Positions 18,972 to 26,554 of a stretch of DNA of 64,000 nucleotides are shown here, one piece after another. Every line of letters starts with the position of its first letter. The stretch's first letter is position 1. The notes under the pieces were generated by a model. It worked only from the letters and a program-made list of their open reading frames with translations, ran no database searches and had not been told where the DNA came from. Source of the stretch: Candidatus Kuenenia stuttgartensis (GTDB taxonomy: Bacteria; Planctomycetota; Planctomycetia; Pirellulales; UBA1268); NCBI GenBank assembly GCA_943332855.1, contig CALQRA010000002.1, positions 19,154 to 83,153 of the forward strand, read 5' to 3'. The position numbers were made by a program, and so were the translations under genes.

Positions 18972-20174
18972 ATGCACAGCGCCCCCCCCATTCCCGGGCC
19001 CCGAGATCTATCCGGCATTCGTCTGGGGGGATATCGTCTCCTCCGACGGCTCGGCAGCGGCGCGATGGCGGATGTCTATCTCGCGGAGCAGGCATCGCTG
19101 TCGCGGGCCGTTGCCGTCAAGGTGCTCCGCCAGGAGACCGCAGCCCGACCGAACGCCGTGCTTCGCTTCACGCAGGAAGCCCGGGCTGCCGCCGGGCTCG
19201 TGCATGGCAACATCGTGCAGATCCACGAGGTCGACTGCATCGACGGGCACCATTTCCTCGCCGAGGAATATGTCGCCGGCCCGACGCTCCGGACCTGGCT
19301 GCAGGAGCGCGGGCCCCTCGACGCTCGCCAAGCCCTCGCCCTGCTGGCGCAGGTCGGCTCGGCCCTCGATCGGGCGGCGGGGCAGGGGGTGGTTCACCGC
19401 GACATCAAGCCGGAAAACCTCCTCGTCACCCCCGCCGGGGAAGTGAAGGTGGCCGACTTCGGCCTGGCGCGGGTCTTGTCGGCAGCCGCCGACGGCCCGG
19501 AGCTCACCCAGGACGGCACCGCGCTCGGCACGCCCCTCTATATGAGCCCGGAGCAGGCCGAGGGACGGGCCATCGACACGCGCAGCGATCTCTATTCGCT
19601 CGGCGCCACCCTCTACCACCTCCTCGCCGGACGACCGCCGTTCGGCGGCTCGACGAGCGTGGCCGTGGCCCTCGCCCATCTCCACGAAGCGCCACGGTCG
19701 CTCGATCAGCATCGCGACGACCTGCCACCGATCCTGACGACGATCGTGCTCCGGCTCCTCGCCAAGTCGCCGGCCGACCGCTATCAATCCCCCACAGAGC
19801 TGCTCCACGCGGTCGAATTGGCAGAAGAAGAACTTTTCCCCGGTTTCCCCCGGCAGAAATCCCCCCTCGCCTGGTCCGACGGCGGCTCCCCAGCCGACGG
19901 CCGGTTCCGCACCGGCGTCGAGGATTTCCGGGAGCGTTCCAGCCACGACGGCGCGCGATCGCGCGGCTGGCGGGCCCCCGCCACGACCAACGAAGTGCGC
20001 ACGGCCACGCTCCGCCTCCAATCGGCCATGGAGCGCGAGCGTTACGAGGCTGACGCGTCGCGCCGGGCCTGGATGACGCTCGCCATGGCGACGGCCGTGG
20101 CGCTCGGGGTGGGATTCGCCCTCGGTCGCACACCGCCGCGCCGCAGTCGCCTCTTCCGACTCCCCTCCCGGTAA
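18972..20174 (+). CDS. Ser/Thr protein kinase (Hanks type) with C-terminal TM
   Basis: GSGAMADVY (G-loop), AVKVL (Lys), HRDIKPENLL, DFGLAR, YMSPEQ. A C-terminal TM is present (MTLAMATAVALGVGFALG). Confidence 0.85.
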   Translation: MHSAPPIPGPRDLSGIRLGGYRLLRRLGSGAMADVYLAEQASLSRAVAVKVLRQETAARPNAVLRFTQEARAAAGLVHGNIVQIHEVDCIDGHHFLAEEYVAGPTLRTWLQERGPLDARQALALLAQVGSALDRAAGQGVVHRDIKPENLLVTPAGEVKVADFGLARVLSAAADGPELTQDGTALGTPLYMSPEQAEGRAIDTRSDLYSLGATLYHLLAGRPPFGGSTSVAVALAHLHEAPRSLDQHRDDLPPILTTIVLRLLAKSPADRYQSPTELLHAVELAEEELFPGFPRQKSPLAWSDGGSPADGRFRTGVEDFRERSSHDGARSRGWRAPATTNEVRTATLRLQSAMERERYEADASRRAWMTLAMATAVALGVGFALGRTPPRRSRLFRLPSR

Positions 20175-20339
20175 TCTCCCTCCGTCCGGCAGAAGCCGCC
20201 TGCCCGGGGTGCGATGGGACCGCCTGCACCGGTCCTGCGGGCTGTCGGAGTGTCGGTCAAGCTCCGGGGCGGGACGGTCGATTTTGTTAGGCAAGGGTCT
20301 TTCATCGCCGGAAAGAGCCCCTGGCAGCGAGTCCGCGGC

Positions 20340-20367
20340 TTGACACCGGGGGCTCTGCTGTTAAAAG
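20340..20367 (+). promoter_or_regulatory. Candidate sigma-70-type promoter for tRNA-Glu
   Basis: TTGACA (20340-20345), 16-nt spacer, TAAAAG (20362-20367), ending ~15 nt upstream of the tRNA 5' end. Consensus usage in this lineage is uncertain. Confidence 0.4.
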
Positions 20368-20381
20368 TTCAGGAGTGTTTC

Positions 20382-20454
20382 GCCCCCATCGTCTAGTGGC
20401 CCAGGACGTCGGGTTCTCAGCTCGAAAACCGGGGTTCGACTCCCCGTGGGGGTA
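20382..20454 (+). tRNA. tRNA-Glu (anticodon CUC)
   Basis: Cloverleaf traced by hand. Acceptor GCCCCCA / TGGGGGT, D-arm TCTAGTGGCCCAGGA. Anticodon stem TCGGG/CTCGA with loop TTCTCAG (CTC). T-arm CGGGG-TTCGACT-CCCCG. No encoded CCA. Confidence 0.85.
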
Positions 20455-20460
20455 CTCGGG

Positions 20461-20502
20461 TCTGATCTCTGATCTACGATTTCTGATCGCCGTTCTCTGA
20501 TC
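20461..20502 (+). repeat. Four copies of TCTGATC (each containing GATC) within 42 nt
   Basis: TCTGATC at 20461, 20468, 20482 and 20496 (spacing 7, 14, 14 nt), immediately 3' of the tRNA. Confidence 0.8.
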
Positions 20503-20507
20503 ATGGA

Positions 20508-20546
20508 GCCGTACAGCCTGCATCAGCCGGCTGTACGGCTTTTTCT
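20508..20546 (+). terminator. Rho-independent terminator downstream of tRNA-Glu
   Basis: Stem GCCGTACAGCC (20508-20518) pairs with GGCTGTACGGC (20529-20539), followed by TTTTTCT. Confidence 0.7.
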
Positions 20547-20904
20547 ATGCACAGCGGTTAGCCGGTCGCCCCGGGGAGACAACTCCGGTTTTTCCCGAGA
20601 TAGCGGCTGCATCGCCGATGGCCTCATCGGCATCGTTTTTTCATCGGTGAAGCGACGGTTTTGGGTGTCCGGCTCGAGCGGACAAAGTCGACGTTCCTTC
20701 GGGGGGGGCCTCGTCCCGTCGACAGCGACCCGAACGTCATGGGACGCCAGCGTCCGACGCTCGCGCTCGGCTGGCGACCGGGTCGCCTTTTGGTGCCGCC
20801 GGGAATGCTTCGGGGACTGTTGGTTGCCCCGGTGCCGCCGATCACGTCGTGTCTTTCCGGTTGATTTGATCCGGTATTCCCTGCCCCCGGCAGCAGTGTC
20901 GCCC

Positions 20905-21924
20905 ATGCCAAAAAAAAGCTCCAACTGGCTCCCCGCTCTTCCCTTCGGCGATGCTCTGGCCCGCATCAGCAAGGATGCCTCCGGCTGCCAACGGACGTTG
21001 AGCGAAGCGATCCCGTCCCTGCGGTCGTGCGATCCGATCGGCAATCCAGACCACTTCCGGCAACGCACGATCTCGGTGCGCATCAAGGAGTTGTGCCTCG
21101 TTGCCTCGGCCACATCTCCGATGACGGCGAAGGCCGAGCGAAACGACCAGGCGCTCCTCCTCGTCCCCTTTTACGGCGCCACCACGCTCCGCTCCGGACC
21201 AATGACTCTCTCGAACCGCGCCGGGGAGTCGGCGATCTTCGTCCGGGGCCGCCACCGGGCCGGTGACGCGATCAGCCGGGGCCCGCGGTCCTCGCTCTGC
21301 ATCGCCCTCGACGTTACGCGTCTGGCCAGCACCGTCCGCGACATGCTCGGCCTGCCCGCCGACGCCCCGTTCCCGTTCGATCTCGACCGCGATCGCACGG
21401 TCCCCCTTGAATACGGGGGAGTCTCCTTCGACACGACGATCCGCCGCCTCTGCAACACCGTCGACGCCCATGTCCGGCAACCGGCCGTGCTCATGATGAT
21501 GGGGATCGACGACTCCTTCTACCGCACGATCGGCATGGCCCTGGCACCGGAGCACATCCTGCCAAAGGTGCTCCAAGCCGTCGCCTCGGACGACGACGAC
21601 GAACGGATCAGCCGGGTTTGTGACCACATCAAGGCCCACATCAGCGAACCCCTCGGTCTGACCCATTTGGAACAGGTCTTTGGCAGGGGCGCGCGGAGCC
21701 TCCAAATGGCGTTCCTGAAGCGGATCGGAGTCTCCCCAACGCGTTGGATCCGTGATATGCGCCTCGATCTCGCCCGTCAGCGCCTGGAATCGGCCGAAGC
21801 AGACGCCTCGGTGGCGGCCATCGCGACAGGGTGCGGATTCCCACGGCTGTCGACGTTCTCGAGGGAGTTTGCCGCTCGATTCGGCGAATCCCCTTCGAAA
21901 GTCCTCGAGCGCCGTCGGGCCTGA
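20905..21924 (+). CDS. AraC-family transcriptional regulator
   Basis: The C-terminal double HTH is typical of AraC/XylS (LGLTHLEQVFGRGARSLQMAFLKRIGVSPTRWIRDMRLDLARQRL...IATGCGFPRLSTFSREFAARFGESPSKV). Start is set at ATG 20905, because the track ORF start at 20503 would run through the tRNA terminator. Confidence 0.75.
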   Translation: MPKKSSNWLPALPFGDALARISKDASGCQRTLSEAIPSLRSCDPIGNPDHFRQRTISVRIKELCLVASATSPMTAKAERNDQALLLVPFYGATTLRSGPMTLSNRAGESAIFVRGRHRAGDAISRGPRSSLCIALDVTRLASTVRDMLGLPADAPFPFDLDRDRTVPLEYGGVSFDTTIRRLCNTVDAHVRQPAVLMMMGIDDSFYRTIGMALAPEHILPKVLQAVASDDDDERISRVCDHIKAHISEPLGLTHLEQVFGRGARSLQMAFLKRIGVSPTRWIRDMRLDLARQRLESAEADASVAAIATGCGFPRLSTFSREFAARFGESPSKVLERRRA

Positions 21925-22173
21925 CGTCCCGCGGCTCGATCGGCCCTTGCTGGCCTTCGTGGGCCTTGCAGGCGGCCGCCCCGACACCAAACCATCGCCC
22001 CGGGGCGGCCCTTCCCCCCGCAAAGCGTTGGCGATTCGCTCGGCGATTCGCCTGACGCACGCCACGCGAGGCACTCTGCCCCGCGCATCCCGCAGCAGTC
22101 TCGCTTTTTTTCGGCCCCGACACGCCGTGTTCTGCGTGAAGCGATTCGCTCGGCGCCGAAAGCCTGACGCGAC

Positions 22174-22197
22174 ATTGCGCAAAACGGACTTCGCAAT
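22174..22197. promoter_or_regulatory. Inverted repeat ATTGCG-N12-CGCAAT (candidate operator/UAS), copy 1
   Basis: ATTGCG 22174-22179, 12-nt spacer, CGCAAT 22192-22197. A related half-site TTTGCGCAAAACG recurs at 22209-22221. It lies in the 630-bp gap between the AraC gene and the PATR/PEP-CTERM gene. Confidence 0.5.
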
Positions 22198-22554
22198 GCG
22201 CTCATCGCTTTGCGCAAAACGTCTATCGCCGGCTCCATCACCCACCCGCTGAGGGAGGGCGTCGCGATCCCGAAAATCGCTTTTTTACAGCGGTTTTCTG
22301 CGGTTTTTTGAATTGGCTGAAAAGCCATCGTCAAACCCGGCCGCGATCCGCTTGCAACTTGGACTGATTCCGTCATGACTCACTCTGAGGGGCGGAGTGA
22401 GGAATCTGCCGACGCTGTTAACCGCCCAGACTCGATCGAGATAAGTCGGCTTCCTTCCGCCGCCGAGCGAATGCTCCACGATTCTGGGATCGCTGCTGAC
22501 TTTGTGGTTTCACTGGGCCTTGTTACTCGAAGCATCTCCACGAGTTATTCCAAA

Positions 22555-25488
22555 ATGCAGTCCAGAACTTTCCGCTTCATCGGCTTCGTCGCGTCAATCG
22601 CTTCGATCGGAGCACAAACCGCGGGTGTTGCCGCGGAGGTCGGCTGGTCGCCTCCCGCCCCGACGGCCACGGCATCGACCCTGTGGCTGAATGACGCCGC
22701 TGGATCCTCAACGCTGGGGCAGGGGATGCTCCAGCTCAATGGGCCTGCGGAATCCTTGGTGCTCACCGATCGCTCGACCGCCACCATCACGGGCCTTCTG
22801 ACCCTCACCGGGACCGTGCCGACCTTCCGCACGAGCGTCGCCACCGGTTCGCAGGATTCAATCGTCGGCATGAACATCGGCTCCGGGGATCCGCAGACAA
22901 GTAATGCCGGCAGAACCGTCGTCAATTCGCTTGTCGCCGATGCTGCTACCGACGTTTCCCAAATCACGAAGACCAGTCGGGGAACACTCCTGCTCGATGA
23001 CGCGAGCACCTACTCCGGCGCCACGACCCTGTTCGACGGATCGCTCGCCGCAGGCAACACGAAGTCGTTCGCCAGCGGGGCCTCCGGCCTCAATGGTGGT
23101 GCGATCTCTTCTCCGGATTTCCCCGCGGCCCCGTCTCGGACGTTTGCCAACAGCGCCTCTGTTGGAAGCACCGTGACGTTCGGAGACACGCTTTCCCCTG
23201 TCAATACCGGCTTCAGTAGCGGGATCGACCTCCAGGGCGCCGTGCGAACGTTCACGACCAACGCCAACGTCACCTTTGACGGCGTCGTCGCCAATGGTGC
23301 CGTCAGCAAGTCAGGAGCTGCCGCTCTGACGCTCACCGGGATCAACTCCTACGCCGGTGGCACCACGCTCACCGAGGGAACGCTGTTTGCCGCGAACAAT
23401 TCGGCCCTCGGCACCGGTCCGCTGGCCCTGGGGAGCACGTCCTCCCCGACGATTTCCTCGGATGCCAGCGGAGCCTCTGCCGCCCGCACATTTGCCAACG
23501 ACGTTTCGGTCAACGGCAACGTCACCTTCGGCGATGGCAGCAACAACGGCGCGATGCTCTTCGCGAGCTCCGCCAATCTGGGCAATGCCGGGGAAACGCG
23601 GACCTTCACGGTCAACGCCAAGACGACGTTCAGCGGAGAAGTCAGTGGTGGGGCAGGGCTGACGAAGACTGGCAGCGGTGTCCTCACGCTCTCCGGCAGT
23701 AATTCCTACTCCGGAGGAACGACGTTCGCCAGCGGGATGCTGAGCGCCGGCAGCAACGGCTCGTTTGGAACGGGGGCGATGACGTTCGCCGGGGGGGCCG
23801 TCGGATCGGCCGACAGCACCCCGCATACCTTCGCCAACTCCATGGTGTTCCTTGGCGATCTGACGATTGGAAACTACATCGACTCCATGGGTGCCCTGAC
23901 CTTCACGAGTCAGGTCGATCTTGGAAACACCGACCGTCGGCTGACGACGAAGGCGAACGCGACATTCACAGGGGCGATCGCCAACGGATCGATCACGAAG
24001 GACGGCCTCGGGGCCCTCGTGCTCTCCGGATCAAACTCGTACGGCGGCGGCACCACCCTCTTCGAGGGCACCTTGCTCGCAGGCAGCGATCAGGCCTTCG
24101 GGTCCGGCATGATGAATCTCAACGGCGGGATCATCGGTTCGGCCAGCGGCCAGCGATCGTTCTCCAACGCCGTGTCGATGGTCGGTGGACCGGTGCAATT
24201 CGGTGATTCCGAGCACCTCGCTTCCCTGCTCTTCACGGGCAGTACGACCCTCGCGGCTGGCCAGAAGACTTTCAACACCGTGGCCGACACCACGTTCACC
24301 GGCATTCTCGCTGGTAGCGGCGCGTCGCTCATCAAGACCGGTGACGGGATCCTCACGCTCACCAACGCCAACACCTACGACGGCGGCACGCAAATCCAGA
24401 ATGGAGTCATCCGTATCGCCAACGACGCGGCCCTCGGCGGCGGTGCGATCACGTTTGGCGGCGGTGCCCTCGCCTCGACCACCAGCGATAACCGGGGGAT
24501 TTACAACGACGTCAACTTCAACGGGGGCGCGTCGATCGGCGATGGCTCATCGAACGGAGCGTTCGTCTTCCACGGTGCCAACAATACTCTCGCCAGCGGC
24601 ACCCAGACGATCACCACGAATGTCGCCACGACGTTTGTCAACGGGATCACCGGGGCCGGCGGCCTGACGAAGTCGGGGGCTCATGCCCTCACCCTAAAGG
24701 GACTCAACACGTACACCGGCGACACGGTTATCGAGAGCGGCAAACTCGTCCTCGATGGATCGATCCTCGGGTCGAAGGAGATCCGCCTCGCCGCAGGTGC
24801 CGTTCTCGGAGGCCATGGCCGGTTCGACGGGACGATCTCCGGGGCCGGCAGCGTCGACCCGGGGAATAGCCCGGGCATTCTCGTCACCGGCACCATCGAT
24901 CCCTCGGGTGGGCTCGACTTCAACTTCGAGTTCACGCAGACGGGTGCTGCGACTTGGACGAACAGTTCGGCGAGCGGTAACGACGTCCTTGTCGCCAACG
25001 TTCCTACCCCGGCCTTCACGGCGAACCTCACCAACGCCAACACCGTCAACCTTTACTTCTCGACGGCTATGACAGCGACATTCACGGCAAGTGCTTGGAC
25101 ATCGATGCAGGGCGGTTTCTTCACCATCGATAACACCAACAGCCTCGCCTCTGCCATCGCCGGCGCGGACTTCCAGTTCTACTTCCAGGGTACCGGTGCC
25201 GGCCAAATCACCTACAACACTGTCACTTACGTCCCCCAGGCTACAGCCCGCAGCAGTGGCCTCCTTCCGGCCAGCGGGCAAGGGTTCGTCATCCGGCAAG
25301 CAACCGTGGCATCCGCCAACTTTCAGTCTCCTGTTGGCACCGTCATCAACGGTCTCTCGATGGAAGTCGTCTCGGTCCCTGAGCCTTCCACCTGGGTGAT
25401 GGGGCTCATGGCCGCCGGCGTGGCCCTCGCCCGTCGTCGCCGTCTGGCTGGTTTGCTCACCCGGTTGCGGAGATCCGTTCCGCTTTGA
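22555..25488 (+). CDS. Large surface protein: autotransporter-associated beta-strand (PATR) repeats with C-terminal PEP-CTERM sorting signal
   Basis: Start at ATG 22555 gives the signal MQSRTFRFIGFVASIASIGAQTAGVAA. There are more than 10 repeats of the type G.LTLSG.NSY.GGTT...G.L. The C-terminus is VPEPSTWVMGLMAAGVALARRRR (PEP motif + TM + Arg cluster). Confidence 0.8.
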   Translation: MQSRTFRFIGFVASIASIGAQTAGVAAEVGWSPPAPTATASTLWLNDAAGSSTLGQGMLQLNGPAESLVLTDRSTATITGLLTLTGTVPTFRTSVATGSQDSIVGMNIGSGDPQTSNAGRTVVNSLVADAATDVSQITKTSRGTLLLDDASTYSGATTLFDGSLAAGNTKSFASGASGLNGGAISSPDFPAAPSRTFANSASVGSTVTFGDTLSPVNTGFSSGIDLQGAVRTFTTNANVTFDGVVANGAVSKSGAAALTLTGINSYAGGTTLTEGTLFAANNSALGTGPLALGSTSSPTISSDASGASAARTFANDVSVNGNVTFGDGSNNGAMLFASSANLGNAGETRTFTVNAKTTFSGEVSGGAGLTKTGSGVLTLSGSNSYSGGTTFASGMLSAGSNGSFGTGAMTFAGGAVGSADSTPHTFANSMVFLGDLTIGNYIDSMGALTFTSQVDLGNTDRRLTTKANATFTGAIANGSITKDGLGALVLSGSNSYGGGTTLFEGTLLAGSDQAFGSGMMNLNGGIIGSASGQRSFSNAVSMVGGPVQFGDSEHLASLLFTGSTTLAAGQKTFNTVADTTFTGILAGSGASLIKTGDGILTLTNANTYDGGTQIQNGVIRIANDAALGGGAITFGGGALASTTSDNRGIYNDVNFNGGASIGDGSSNGAFVFHGANNTLASGTQTITTNVATTFVNGITGAGGLTKSGAHALTLKGLNTYTGDTVIESGKLVLDGSILGSKEIRLAAGAVLGGHGRFDGTISGAGSVDPGNSPGILVTGTIDPSGGLDFNFEFTQTGAATWTNSSASGNDVLVANVPTPAFTANLTNANTVNLYFSTAMTATFTASAWTSMQGGFFTIDNTNSLASAIAGADFQFYFQGTGAGQITYNTVTYVPQATARSSGLLPASGQGFVIRQATVASANFQSPVGTVINGLSMEVVSVPEPSTWVMGLMAAGVALARRRRLAGLLTRLRRSVPL

Positions 25489-25553
25489 AGTCCGTCACTT
25501 TTCCACTGGTTAACCGTCCAAAAGCGATCCCCAGTTCGTGAAGGAGTGCGATC

Positions 25554-26057
25554 ATGATGGTTTACTTCGACGTCGAAGCTTCCGTGGCCACAGGCGCCAT
25601 CGTTGCCCGCCATCCCGCTCCGGTCAGCCGTTTGGCTTGCGTGCCCGGCTATCTCTCGTCGCTTGTGCTCTCTGCCGATGCCGGGGTGAGGCGACGGCTC
25701 GAGGCTGCTACAGAACTCGCTGGTTGGTCGATCTGCGACACTCCGGTCGACGCGGCCTCCTTCGAAAGCTGTGCTGACGCTGATTACCAACTGGTGATCG
25801 TTGATCTCGTTCATCCCCTTGGCGGGGACGTCGCCGCCGCCCAGCAGGCTGCGGCGGAGATCGCGGGCCGCCCGGAGACGCTACTGGTCGTCTGCGGCGC
25901 GGAGGATGAGGTCGCTGACGAGATCTGGTCGCGTTGCCACGGCGCCTTCTGCCATGTCTCCGGCCAGGTTTCCGGCGATGCCCTCGTGTCGCTGCTCAAC
26001 AAGGCCCGGGCCGCCGCCAACCGCCACACCTCCCGCACCGTTCGCGGCACGATCTGA
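25554..26057 (+). CDS. Hypothetical protein with degenerate receiver (CheY-like) domain
   Basis: Beta-alpha pattern with YQLVIVDLVHP at the phospho-acceptor position. The N-terminal acidic pair and the conserved Lys are not evident. Confidence 0.4.
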   Translation: MMVYFDVEASVATGAIVARHPAPVSRLACVPGYLSSLVLSADAGVRRRLEAATELAGWSICDTPVDAASFESCADADYQLVIVDLVHPLGGDVAAAQQAAAEIAGRPETLLVVCGAEDEVADEIWSRCHGAFCHVSGQVSGDALVSLLNKARAAANRHTSRTVRGTI

Positions 26058-26554
26058 AGCGATTGCCGCGGTTCCTTTCGCCAACCACCACGGGCACAAT
26101 GTCTGGGGTAGGTTTTGCCGCCAGGGGAGCCCTCGATGGGCGGGCGTAAGGCCACGTGGCGGTGGCCACACCGAAGCTGGCCACGACAGGCCCAGCACAG
26201 CGGCCAGTCGGGTGGCCCTCGACGGCGGTCGGGATCCTTTGCCCCCTCCCTTGCCAGAGCCAGCCACGACCGGGCCGGTTGCGGGACAGACGACGGCCAC
26301 CGTCCACCGGGGATCAACGCAGAGCAGTCTGTGGATCATCTCTCCGCCGCTGATCGGGCGGCCTTCGACGCGGGAAACACGCGGCGTTTCCGTCGAGAGA
26401 CAAAGCGGCATAAGAGCGGGAATGATTTTTCCCACAGACAACGACAGCCGGGGATTCGTTGGGGGGCGTCAGCCGCCGCCAGCAGCGGATGACTTGATCC
26501 CCAGCCCCGTGCGGACCCCGCGCCGGCTTTGAAATCGGCGGTTGTCCGGGTCGA

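Noticed and set aside
20503-20904. N-terminal 134-aa extension of the AraC regulator, as given by the ORF track
   Set aside because: The extension would begin inside the tRNA terminator hairpin. It is Arg/Ser/Cys-rich without structure, and ATG 20905 gives a typical ~340-aa AraC-family protein.
20455-22554. Integrated mobile element at tRNA-Glu
   Set aside because: No integrase, excisionase or phage genes follow the tRNA, and I could not find a direct repeat of the tRNA 3' end downstream. Only the TCTGATC repeats are reported, as a low-interest observation.
22198-22554. Sigma-54 -24/-12 promoter upstream of the PATR/PEP-CTERM gene
   Set aside because: I scanned by eye and no TGGCA-type element has GG-N10-GC spacing. 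The candidates TGGCTGAAAAGCC, TGGTTTCACTGGGCC and the region before CGCTTGCAA are out of register. The shared inverted repeat therefore cannot yet be tied to sigma-54 at this locus.
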